From: Candidatus Saccharimonadales bacterium
Lineage (GTDB): Bacteria > Patescibacteriota > Saccharimonadia > Saccharimonadales > UBA10212
DNA: 64,000 nt
Assembly: GCA_049521895.1 (NCBI GenBank)
Contig: JBEKOJ010000001.1
Location: forward strand, 695,114-759,113
Direction of reading: 5' to 3'
Under the pieces are notes generated by a model. That model was not told the origin of the DNA, did not search any database, and saw only the letters and a list, made by a program, of their open reading frames with translations. Position 1 is the first letter of the stretch; each line of letters starts with the position of its first letter. Positions 1-8,030 of the stretch are shown piece by piece. A program made the translations under genes and the position numbers.

Positions 1-303
1 CCTGGATACAACTGGTGGAGTAGACACCTGTTGCTGCAGCCCGGGGTTTTCTTAGAAGAGTTCGGGGAACTTCAAGACCTGATAAGATATTTTGGCAGTC
101 GGGATGATGATCCTCAAAGTCCACAAACCCGACTGCAGCAAGTAAAACGGGGCGGGGTTATCGTACCCGGGGTTATCGATTTTTACGTAAAAATTGGTGT
201 CGAATCGAACAGAGTTTTACGTAAGCATTCCGATACCGCGCGCAGTCTTGGCGGTGCTGCTATCCATTTTGAAACAGATGGCCAGCCAAGCGTAACAGAG
301 TAG
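1..303 (+). CDS. 3' end of an unidentified gene entering from the left window edge
   Basis: Frame 1 is open from base 1 to TAG 301-303. Track ORF 31..303 is only its TTG-initiated tail. No recognisable motif. Confidence 0.3.
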   Translation, partial: PGYNWWSRHLLLQPGVFLEEFGELQDLIRYFGSRDDDPQSPQTRLQQVKRGGVIVPGVIDFYVKIGVESNRVLRKHSDTARSLGGAAIHFETDGQPSVTE

Positions 304-325
304 TATTTGCTATACTATATCTGTA

Positions 326-781
326 ATGCCGATGCCTAAAAAATCGCGACCAGACTGTTTAAGATGCGGGAAAAAGACAAACGGGCCTAACTACAAGTAT
401 TGCTCCAATAAATGTCAGGTTAACTATCAGTATGAGCAATATATAAAGCTATGGTTGCTCGGCGAAATAACTGGACTTCAGGGACACGGCGTTGTTTCCA
501 ATCATATCAAACGATACCTGCGTGAGAAATTCGGAAACAAATGTTGCATTTGCAGCTGGGCTCAGGCTAATGTGATTACGGGGCAGGTCCCATTAGTTGC
601 CGATCACATAGACGGCAACTGGAAAAACAATATAGAAAGTAATCTTCGCTTGATCTGTCCAAACTGCGACTCTATATCGGCTACATACGCTGGTTTAAAT
701 AGAGGTAACGGTCGAAAACAAAGATTATTAAGTAAAAGGGTCAAAGAAAGCAAATTGTTAGTTGCAGGCGTGCCGGAGTAA
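326..781 (+). CDS. HNH endonuclease with N-terminal CxxC-x11-CSxxC zinc ribbon
   Basis: Track ORF. Motifs CLRCGKK...YCSNKC and HIDGNWKNN...NLRLICPNCD (HNH/His-Me finger). Confidence 0.7.
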   Translation: MPMPKKSRPDCLRCGKKTNGPNYKYCSNKCQVNYQYEQYIKLWLLGEITGLQGHGVVSNHIKRYLREKFGNKCCICSWAQANVITGQVPLVADHIDGNWKNNIESNLRLICPNCDSISATYAGLNRGNGRKQRLLSKRVKESKLLVAGVPE

Positions 782-847
782 CTCAGCTGGTAGAGTAGCT
801 CATTCGTAACGAGCAAGTCGTGGGTTCGAGTCCCATCTCCGGCTCCA
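772..847 (+). tRNA. tRNA-Thr (anticodon CGU), CCA encoded
   Basis: Cloverleaf folded by hand: acceptor GCCGGAG/CTCCGGC, anticodon loop TTCGTAA, T-loop TTCGAGT. One A:C mismatch in the anticodon stem. Confidence 0.8.
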
Positions 848-921
848 GCGAGTGTAGTACAGTGGTAGTATGCCAGCTTCCCAAGCTGGAGATACGGGTC
901 CGATTCCCGTCATTCGCACCA
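848..921 (+). tRNA. tRNA-Gly (anticodon CCC), CCA encoded
   Basis: Acceptor GCGAGTG/CATTCGC, anticodon stem CCAGC/GCTGG with loop TTCCCAA. Starts at the base after the tRNA-Thr CCA. Confidence 0.8.
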
Positions 922-944
922 TGTTTTGATGTAAACTTACATAA

Positions 945-1301
945 GTGGAACTGCCCAAAAAATTTTTACACGACCGCTTAGTGCTACTGCTTATAACAAT
1001 AGTAGCTATCCTGTTAGTTATAGGTGTTAGTACGGTACTACTGCGTTTTGACGTTTCTAAAAACCCCACCACCATTGTTGCCTATAGGCCTAATATCTCT
1101 GGCGCCAGTTATCAAAGCGGCCGGCCCATAGATATCTATAGCTTGGCGATTTTTATGGCGCTTGTCTCCGTTGGCGGCGTGATTTTAGGTGCCCGCACCT
1201 ACATTGTGCGCCGTTCAATAGCTATTTTTCTTCTTAGCTCCACCGTCTTTCTGCTCATCTTGGCTATCCGCGTGGCCTGGAGCATTATATCGCTCCAGTA
1301 G
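945..1301 (+). CDS. small integral membrane protein, function unknown
   Basis: Track ORF (GTG start). About three hydrophobic helices are visible in the translation. Confidence 0.5.
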   Translation: MELPKKFLHDRLVLLLITIVAILLVIGVSTVLLRFDVSKNPTTIVAYRPNISGASYQSGRPIDIYSLAIFMALVSVGGVILGARTYIVRRSIAIFLLSSTVFLLILAIRVAWSIISLQ

Positions 1302-1428
1302 GAGCGAATTTAGCATCTACCATTTGTCATTTAGCATTTATTTTTCATTTGTCATTTAGCATTGAGCAGCAAAGTTAAATGTTACCTGTTAAATAAATGT
1401 GAATTGTGAACTGTTAAATGTAAAATAG
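1291..1428. repeat. CATTT/AAATG word-hairpin element, copy H1
   Basis: Small GC hairpin CGCTCC-AGTA-GGAGCG over the stop codon. A long AT-rich imperfect palindrome follows, with left arm (CATTTNN)n and right arm (AAATG)n. Contains the 15-mer CTGTTAAATAAATGT at 1386-1400. Confidence 0.7.
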
Positions 1429-1432
1429 TCTT

Positions 1433-3049
1433 ATGAGATCAATCGAGATTCCGCAGCCTGAGGACCGCGACTGGAAATACCGGGCCTTCGAGATTCTACC
1501 GGCAGTGTTAACCTGGACAATCCTAAGCCTTCCCGTAGTTTTGGGCATTATCAGCGCCCCGGCGGCGGCATTCTTCGTCATTGGCTACTTAATGCTTTGG
1601 TTTGTCCGTGCTATCGGTATAGATCTGCGCTCGCTCCAGGGATGGCATAATTTGAACCAACATAAAAGACTCCCTTGGAAAAAGCTCAATAGCGATCTGG
1701 AAATCCTCGAACCCAGGACTAAAAATGCCCCTGGCTGGCATGCCCGTAATCTACGCCGGGTAGAGAATAATATCCCCCGCACCCGCATTAAACCCAGCGA
1801 GGTTTATCACGCCGTTATCATCGCTTTCTGGAACGAGTCACGCGAGATCTTAGGGCCGACGGTTAAATCGGTACTAGATAGTGACTACGACCCCAAAAAA
1901 ATCATCCTAATCTTGGCTTACGAGCAGCGCGGCGGCCCGGAAATAGAAGCTACCGCTAGAAGCTTGATTAAAGAATACGGCAAAGATTTCTACTACGCCC
2001 ATGCCGTGATGCACCCATGGCCAATGACCGGGGAGGTTATCGGGAAGGGCGGCAATATTACTTATGCCGGTCGCTGGCTGAAAACCTACTTGGAAGAACA
2101 AAAAATTGACCCATTGCACGTTTTGGTCACCACACTTGATTCGGATAACCGTCCGGATCCTCAGTATCTTGGCGCCTTGACCTACACCTATTGTTCCACC
2201 GAGGATCCCAAACACTCCTCCTACCAGCCGGTACCAATGTTCCTCAATAATATCTGGGATGCGCCGGCGCCGATGCGCGTAGTCGCCACCGGTAACTCGT
2301 TTTGGAATATCATCTTGTCAATGCGCCCACACATGTTGCGTAACTTTTCCAGCCACGCCCAGCCGATGGCCGCTCTAATCGACACCGATTTTTGGAGTGT
2401 GCGCACTATCGTGGAGGACGGCCACCAATTTTGGCGAACCTGGTTCCGCTACGACGGCAACCACCAAGTCTATCCTATATACGTGCCGATTTACCAGGAT
2501 GCGGTACTGGCTGAAACCTACCGCAAAACCATAAAAATGCAGTTTATCCAGGTCCGGCGCTGGGCATGGGGCGCCTCCGACATAGCTTACTTTATCAACC
2601 AGGGCTTTTTTAAGATTAATAACATCCCGCTACATAAAAAAATTGCCAAATTTGGCCGCCTGCTAGAAGGCCACATTAGCTGGTCTACAGCTCCGCCGAT
2701 CCTACTGCTGTCCGCTTATCCGCCGTTTTTCCTGCATCCGCAAAGTTTTGTCGGCCAAGAGCTGCCCCAGTATGCCAGCGCCCTTCAGAGGATCGCTATG
2801 GTCGGTATTTTGATCAGCCTTTTTCTATGCATGAGATCGCTGCCCCCTAAGCCAGAGCGCTATAAACGCCGCCGCACCGTTTGGATGGTCATCCAATGGA
2901 TCTATCTGCCGATTACATCTATAATTTTCAGTTCCTTCGCTGCTATATACGCGCAAACCCGGCTGGCTTTTGGCCGGTATCTGGGCTTTATCGTTACTGA
3001 AAAAGCCAGTAAGAGTAAACGCGTGGACACCACAGAGTTACTGAAGTAA
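1433..3049 (+). CDS. membrane-bound family 2 glycosyltransferase (processive, cellulose/chitin-synthase-like)
   Basis: N- and C-terminal TM segments, DSDN acidic motif, and QVRRWAWG (the Q-x-x-R-W signature of processive GT2). Confidence 0.7.
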   Translation: MRSIEIPQPEDRDWKYRAFEILPAVLTWTILSLPVVLGIISAPAAAFFVIGYLMLWFVRAIGIDLRSLQGWHNLNQHKRLPWKKLNSDLEILEPRTKNAPGWHARNLRRVENNIPRTRIKPSEVYHAVIIAFWNESREILGPTVKSVLDSDYDPKKIILILAYEQRGGPEIEATARSLIKEYGKDFYYAHAVMHPWPMTGEVIGKGGNITYAGRWLKTYLEEQKIDPLHVLVTTLDSDNRPDPQYLGALTYTYCSTEDPKHSSYQPVPMFLNNIWDAPAPMRVVATGNSFWNIILSMRPHMLRNFSSHAQPMAALIDTDFWSVRTIVEDGHQFWRTWFRYDGNHQVYPIYVPIYQDAVLAETYRKTIKMQFIQVRRWAWGASDIAYFINQGFFKINNIPLHKKIAKFGRLLEGHISWSTAPPILLLSAYPPFFLHPQSFVGQELPQYASALQRIAMVGILISLFLCMRSLPPKPERYKRRRTVWMVIQWIYLPITSIIFSSFAAIYAQTRLAFGRYLGFIVTEKASKSKRVDTTELLK

Positions 3050-3198
3050 CTCTCATTTGACATTTATCATTTGACATTTAGCATTTATTTTTCATTTGAA
3101 CATTTTTCATTGCCCCACATTTGTTAAATACTACCTGTTAAATAAATGTAAATTGTTAAATGTAAAATGATAAATCCTGCAAAGCTAGCTTTGCAGGC
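3036..3198. repeat. CATTT/AAATG word-hairpin element, copy H2
   Basis: GC hairpin GAGTTAC-TGAA-GTAACTC over the GT2 stop, an AT-rich palindrome with CTGTTAAATAAATGT at 3135-3149, then hairpin CCTGCAAAGC-TAGC-TTTGCAGG over the nrdR stop. Confidence 0.7.
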
Positions 3199-3595
3199 TA
3201 GGGTGTTCGGCCATATAACGTAAACCAGCTCGTTTATCCAAACGGCCCAAGACCTTTGATGTGAGCTTGCTGATCTGTTCTGGCGCGAACAAGGGGCTCT
3301 CCGGCAGCTTTAGCAGGTTCTTTATAACAGTGTTAGTTACTTCCCGGGCGTCCACATAGCAGTTTTTTCGGTCCTGTAGGGCTAATAGTACTTCGGTAAA
3401 CAGCAAATCGGGCAAAAAGGCCTTTGTAGAGGCCCCAGATTGGACTAAAAGGGCATTAGGCAGGTCTATAGCCTCGTGAGTGGTAAAAACCGCCTTACAG
3501 GCCAAGCATTGCCGCCGGCGCCATACCTGATTGTTACGCTTCTGCAAACGGCTATTGATGACCTTTGTCTCATGCCCACAATATACACAAATCAT
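3185..3595 (-). CDS. nrdR: transcriptional repressor NrdR
   Basis: MICVYCGHETKVINSR...CLACKAVFTT zinc ribbon plus ATP-cone. I prefer ATG 3595 over the track start 3667, whose extension lies in repeat H3. Confidence 0.85.
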   Translation of the reverse strand: MICVYCGHETKVINSRLQKRNNQVWRRRQCLACKAVFTTHEAIDLPNALLVQSGASTKAFLPDLLFTEVLLALQDRKNCYVDAREVTNTVIKNLLKLPESPLFAPEQISKLTSKVLGRLDKRAGLRYMAEHPSLQS

Positions 3596-3597
3596 AG

Positions 3598-3676
3598 AGG
3601 TATTCCGTATTGTGTATATGGTATTAGGTATTTCGGCATACTTTATACTCCATACCTGATACCCCATACTAAATAC
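3598..3676. repeat. GTAT/ATAC word-hairpin element, copy H3
   Basis: GGTATTAGGTATT ... ATACCTGATACC arms. Related to the two 23S insertions at 40725 and 41530. Confidence 0.55.
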
Positions 3677-3763
3677 TTTTTTGAGTGAACCATGTCAACA
3701 TATTGACATGGCCCTATTAAAAAAGCTAGTGGATAAAACTCACAAAACTGGGGATTGATAAAC

Positions 3764-3795
3764 AAAAACCCCGCTTTCTTCAGGGAAGAGCGGGG
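3764..3795 (-). terminator. intrinsic terminator (minus strand)
   Basis: Minus-strand GC-rich hairpin CCCCGCTCTTCC..GGAAGAAAGCGGGG followed by TTTTT. Confidence 0.55.
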
Positions 3796-3811
3796 CTAAT
3801 GGCGGAATATA

Positions 3812-3934
3812 CTAACTGTTAGCGTTAGCCGTTTGCCGCACCCTACGTAGGCGTGGGCGCACCGGCTTAACAGTAGTGATTTCCTCGTAAAACAGCTTGA
3901 ACTGGTCAAGCGCATTACGCTTATTGGTACTCAC
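3812..3934 (-). CDS. candidate 40-aa small protein (MSTNKRNALDQFKLFYEEITTVKPVRPRLRRVRQTANANS)
   Basis: GTG start preceded by GAGG at 6 nt. The terminator lies 17 nt after the stop. Below the track length cut-off. No homology recognised. Confidence 0.3.
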   Translation of the reverse strand: MSTNKRNALDQFKLFYEEITTVKPVRPRLRRVRQTANANS

Positions 3935-4060
3935 TAACTACCTCACGTTAACTCGGTTATGCTAACACAGTAATCAATTTATGTCAATAGCCCTGACCTC
4001 TGTTAATGCTCATGCTTTGATCGGATTTTTTGATTTTGCCATCTGTTACAATTAACCAAG

Positions 4061-5143
4061 ATGCCAAAACGCTATTTTAAAGAGGTGCAAAGGAGTAAAT
4101 CCGGTGGCCGCAGTGGAATTCTCAACACCCGTACCGGTTGGGTGAAAACGCCCTTTTTCATGCCGGTGGCTACCAAGGGCGCAGTGGTGGGCTTAGAGCC
4201 GGCCCAGGTAGCGGCTACCGGCGCTCAGGTATTGTTAGCTAACACCTACCATCTGCACATGCAGCCGGGCGAGAAGGTCATCAAAAAACTTGGCGGGCTG
4301 CAGGCTTTTACAGGGTGGAAAGGGCCAATGCTGACCGATTCTGGCGGTTTCCAAGTATTCTCGCTGGCCAACGTACGTAAGATCACCGAAGAGGGTGTAA
4401 CCTTTAAAGATCCTAAGTCTGGCCGCGAAGTTTTAATTACTCCCGAAAAATCTATGCAGATCCAGTCAGACTTGGGCGCCGATATCATCATGGCCTTTGA
4501 CGATTTAACAGGGTTGGATCCAGCGAAGACCAAAGTCCGTACAGATGAAGCCGTTGAGCGTACCCACCGCTGGCTTGTCCGCTGTATAGCCGAGTTCAAG
4601 AAACTGACAAAGAACCTGCCAGAAACAGAACGGCCTCTGTTGTTTGGTATCGCCCAAGGTGGCCTGGATAAAAAACTCCGCGCTAAAAGCTTGGAATTCG
4701 TGCAATCCCAGGAGGTAGACGGCTTAGGAATAGGCGGTTTATCCGTTGGCGAAAGCAAAAATGACATGCACGGCATGCTGAAATTCCTAGGCAAATTGTA
4801 CGACCCAACCAAAATTCGTTATCTGATGGGTGTGGGTGAACCTTCCAATATGCGCTACGCCATTGAACACGGCATAGACATGTTTGACTGCGTACTGCCA
4901 ACGCGCAACGCCCGCCACGGGTCACTCTGGATCACCGGTGATAAGAGATTGAACCTCAATAACGCCCGCCACGCAGCTGACCCCGGGCCGATAGACAATA
5001 AATGCGACTGTAGCACCTGTAAGATGGGCTACAGCCGCGCCTACTTGTACCAGCTTTTTAAGACGGATAACCCCTTAGGCGGCAGTTTGGCTTCTACCCA
5101 TAATTTACGTTATCTGGCCCGCCTCTGCGAAGAATATCAATAA
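4061..5143 (+). CDS. tgt: queuine tRNA-ribosyltransferase (tRNA-guanine transglycosylase)
   Basis: LLANTYHLHMQPG, TDSGGFQVFSL, DCVLPTRNARHG and the CxCxxC zinc site. Confidence 0.9.
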   Translation: MPKRYFKEVQRSKSGGRSGILNTRTGWVKTPFFMPVATKGAVVGLEPAQVAATGAQVLLANTYHLHMQPGEKVIKKLGGLQAFTGWKGPMLTDSGGFQVFSLANVRKITEEGVTFKDPKSGREVLITPEKSMQIQSDLGADIIMAFDDLTGLDPAKTKVRTDEAVERTHRWLVRCIAEFKKLTKNLPETERPLLFGIAQGGLDKKLRAKSLEFVQSQEVDGLGIGGLSVGESKNDMHGMLKFLGKLYDPTKIRYLMGVGEPSNMRYAIEHGIDMFDCVLPTRNARHGSLWITGDKRLNLNNARHAADPGPIDNKCDCSTCKMGYSRAYLYQLFKTDNPLGGSLASTHNLRYLARLCEEYQ

Positions 5144-5165
5144 AAAATATTTCTCTGACAGTTTT

Positions 5166-5244
5166 TGGTGGGTGCGAAGGGACTCGAACCCCCGAAACCT
5201 CTTCCACGTCAAGGAAGCGCTCTAGCCAACTGAGCTACGCACCC
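5166..5244 (-). tRNA. tRNA-Val (anticodon GAC)
   Basis: Reverse complement reads GGGTGCGTAGCTCAGTTGG...CTTCC-TTGACGT-GGAAG...TTCGAGT...CGCACCCACCA. Confidence 0.8.
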
Positions 5245-5342
5245 AAATTTGTCGGGTGAAACTGAGCTACCCAACAAGAACATTATAACCTTATCTTATT
5301 TGATATAAAGATAGGAAGAGCCGCTAATAGGAGTACCATATA

Positions 5343-5351
5343 TGGTATAAT
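5343..5351 (+). promoter_or_regulatory. extended -10 promoter element TGGTATAAT
   Basis: Exact TGnTATAAT, about 230 nt upstream of thrS, with no plus-strand gene before it. Confidence 0.4.
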
Positions 5352-5468
5352 TTAGGAGCTGAGAGACCTGTGGATAAATAAGTAAAAAAGTACTAGCATT
5401 TTGTGGCTAGTACATATATACTCCTCAGTAGGTTGAGTTCTGCCGATGTGTTAACCCTCACACAAAAT

Positions 5469-5511
5469 GGCTTGAATGACGTTGCGAGATCATTCAAGCC
5501 TTTTTGTTTTT
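5469..5511 (+). terminator. intrinsic terminator/attenuator in the thrS leader
   Basis: GGCTTGAATGA-10 nt loop-TCATTCAAGCC followed by TTTTTGTTTTT, 70 nt upstream of the thrS ATG. Confidence 0.55.
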
Positions 5512-5580
5512 CTAGCTGTCGCAAAATATCCTGCTAGCGCTTTTTAGAAAAAGCCCGAACTGTTATGATGTAAATCGAAG

Positions 5581-6822
5581 ATGGAAGAGACTGATAAATT
5601 AAAAGAGAATGACCACCGCAGACTAGGCCAAGAACTAGATCTGTTCGTGTTTTCGGATTTGGTCGGAGCTGGTTTGCCCCTTTGGACTCCCAGAGGAACC
5701 ATTCTTAGGGAAGAGCTGGACCGTTTCGTGCAAGGAATGCGGGATGAATATGGTTTTCAAGCTGTAACTATTCCCCATATCACTAAAAAAGAGCTTTATC
5801 AAAAGAGTGGACACTGGACAAAGTTCAGCAATGATCTGTTTCACATTAAGAGCCGTGAAGGGCATGAATTTGCCATGAAGCCCATGAACTGCCCACATCA
5901 TATGCAAATCTATGCTAGTCGGCCTCGTAGCTACCGTGAATTGCCAATTCGCTACCGGGAAACCACCATGAATTACAGGGACGAACAAACCGGGGAATTA
6001 AATGGTCTGCTACGAGCGCGATCATTCACCCAAGATGATGCTCACGTTTTTTGTCGGGAGGAACACATCTTAGACGAAGTTTTAAAAATTTGGGGCATAA
6101 TCGAGAATTTCTACAAAACCTTGGGCTTTGATCTGTCGCTGCGCTTCTCCAGGCGAGACCCTTCTACCCCTGATGCTTATGCTGGCAGTAGTGAAAAATG
6201 GCAACGGGCCGAGGGCGAGCTTAAAAAAGCGCTCGATAATCATCCTCATGCAGCTATAGAAGATGGGCTTGGTGATGCAGCATTCTATGGCCCAAAACTG
6301 GACTTTATAGCTAAAGACTCTCTGGGTCGAGATTGGCAGGTGGCCACTATCCAGATTGATTTTGCTCAGCCAGAGGGGTTAGACCTTACGTATGTTAATG
6401 AAAAAGGCGAAAACGAGCGCCCAGTTATGATCCACTGCGCGATCATGGGCTCTATTGAGCGGTTTCTGGCTGTTTATATTGAGCATACCAGCGGCAAATT
6501 TCCGATTTGGCTAGCGCCTGAGCAGCTACGGGTAGCGACCCTCAATGACGAAAAAAACATCTTAAAAATGGCACAGAGTGTTGTAGAAAAGGCAAAGACT
6601 ATGGGAGTCCGTGTAATGTTGGATGACTCTAATGAATCGGTAGCCAAGAAAATCCGCGACGCCGAAGTTATGAAAGTACCCTATGTAGTAGTAATAGGGA
6701 ACAAGGAACTAGAAAATGGTAAAGTGGCTCCGCGCCATCGTAGCGACCTGCCGGAACTGCCCGAATCATCCGTAGGCGAACTTCTCCAGAGGCTTTCCGA
6801 AGATGCCAAAGCCCGGAAGTAG
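5581..6822 (+). CDS. thrS: threonyl-tRNA synthetase, catalytic plus anticodon-binding core only (413 aa)
   Basis: DHRRLGQELDLF..., class II motifs and a C-terminal anticodon-binding domain. In-frame TGA 12 nt upstream of the ATG. Confidence 0.9.
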   Translation: MEETDKLKENDHRRLGQELDLFVFSDLVGAGLPLWTPRGTILREELDRFVQGMRDEYGFQAVTIPHITKKELYQKSGHWTKFSNDLFHIKSREGHEFAMKPMNCPHHMQIYASRPRSYRELPIRYRETTMNYRDEQTGELNGLLRARSFTQDDAHVFCREEHILDEVLKIWGIIENFYKTLGFDLSLRFSRRDPSTPDAYAGSSEKWQRAEGELKKALDNHPHAAIEDGLGDAAFYGPKLDFIAKDSLGRDWQVATIQIDFAQPEGLDLTYVNEKGENERPVMIHCAIMGSIERFLAVYIEHTSGKFPIWLAPEQLRVATLNDEKNILKMAQSVVEKAKTMGVRVMLDDSNESVAKKIRDAEVMKVPYVVVIGNKELENGKVAPRHRSDLPELPESSVGELLQRLSEDAKARK

Positions 6823-7504
6823 ATCTCCGAGTCAAGGTCGTCAGCGCGACCTTAAATATCCGCTAACGGCGGATAATCTCGAAGTCTCACTTCCGGGAAA
6901 GCCCGCAAATAAGCCTGTTATTGCCGTCGATATTGATGATGTATTAATGCCCCATTTTCAAGATCTCATTAATTGGTATAACAAAAAATATAAGACCAAA
7001 CTAACATTAGCCAACAACCATCCTACTGACCCACGGCCCTGGGGGACAGAAAGCATCCACGAAGCAGTCCAAAGGGTACATGGCTTTTTTGATACCGGGA
7101 AGTTTCTAAGCTCCCAACCTTACAGAGAGTCTGTAAAAGCAGTTAATAAACTTAGCCAGAGATATAGTCTTATGGTCGTGACAGCCAGAGATACAATTCT
7201 TGAGAGAGTGACGAGGGATTGGCTGAAAAAACACTTCGGCGAGCTTTTTGCAGATGCGCATTTTACAGCCAGATATAGTCTGGATGGAAAGTCACAAACT
7301 AAGACCGCTGTATGCCTTGCCATAGGAGCTGGCTATTTAGTTGATGATGCCCTAGACCTCTCAATTGATGCGGCAAAGGCTGGAATAAAAGTCTTGTTGT
7401 TTGGTGACTACCCCTGGAATCAGACCAAGAAGTTGCCTAGAGGCATAGCTCGGGTAAAAAACTGGCAGGAAGTGCTGGAGTATTTTAATGCAGCGAGTAG
7501 ATAA
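6803..7504 (+). CDS. HAD-superfamily hydrolase, 5'(3')-deoxyribonucleotidase-like
   Basis: HAD motif I VDIDDV, motif II VVTAR, and a distal DD. The start codon is uncertain because it overlaps the thrS end. Confidence 0.5.
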   Translation: MPKPGSRSPSQGRQRDLKYPLTADNLEVSLPGKPANKPVIAVDIDDVLMPHFQDLINWYNKKYKTKLTLANNHPTDPRPWGTESIHEAVQRVHGFFDTGKFLSSQPYRESVKAVNKLSQRYSLMVVTARDTILERVTRDWLKKHFGELFADAHFTARYSLDGKSQTKTAVCLAIGAGYLVDDALDLSIDAAKAGIKVLLFGDYPWNQTKKLPRGIARVKNWQEVLEYFNAASR

Positions 7505-8030
7505 TGATTTTAAAGAGCGGGTTTATATGCTGGTGTCACAGATACCCAGAGGGCGGGTGATGACTTACGGGCAGATTGCGGCGCTGGCTGGAGCGGCTTG
7601 GGCGGCCTGGGAAGTCGGCCAAATCGCTCATTTCGCACCTTGCGCCGGCCTAAAAACGTGTCCGGCGAATCCAATGAGCGGTACAGGTTTGGATGAAGTG
7701 CAAGGAAAGGCCGAGCAGCGGACTGAGGCGTATATGAAATACGGTGAAGGAGCAACGGAGGCTTTGACGCGGCAATTTGCCAAAAGCAAGAGCGGAGCTG
7801 CTGGCTCTGCTAGCAGGCAGGCTCTTGCGGCCTGTCCCGCTCATGATTTGCCGTGGCAGCGGGTGGTGAATAAAAAGGGCGGCTTAGCCCGGGGTTATAC
7901 CCCTGGTGGCTATGCAGCCCACAAGCGCGACCTTGAAGCCGAGGGCGTGGCCGTAGATTCTGATTACAGGGTAGATATAGGTAAATTATTATGGTTTCCA
8001 CCACATCAGGACCAGAACTTGTTGCTATAG
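7488..8030 (+). CDS. MGMT-family DNA-binding protein without the active-site Cys (alkyltransferase-like), with an internal insertion
   Basis: RVYMLVSQIPRGRVMTYGQIAALAG helix-turn-helix, and LPWQRVVN in place of PCHRV. Confidence 0.55.
   Translation: MQRVDNDFKERVYMLVSQIPRGRVMTYGQIAALAGAAWAAWEVGQIAHFAPCAGLKTCPANPMSGTGLDEVQGKAEQRTEAYMKYGEGATEALTRQFAKSKSGAAGSASRQALAACPAHDLPWQRVVNKKGGLARGYTPGGYAAHKRDLEAEGVAVDSDYRVDIGKLLWFPPHQDQNLLL

Noticed and set aside
800-1075. A 91-aa minus-strand ORF, and the 604..816 minus ORF.
   Set aside because: They overlap tRNA-Thr/tRNA-Gly and run antisense to the HNH and membrane-protein genes.
5343-5580. A T-box riboswitch upstream of thrS.
   Set aside because: An AGAGA-like element and a terminator are present. 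I could not find the conserved T-box antiterminator sequence or a convincing specifier loop with a Thr codon. I report it only as a generic leader.
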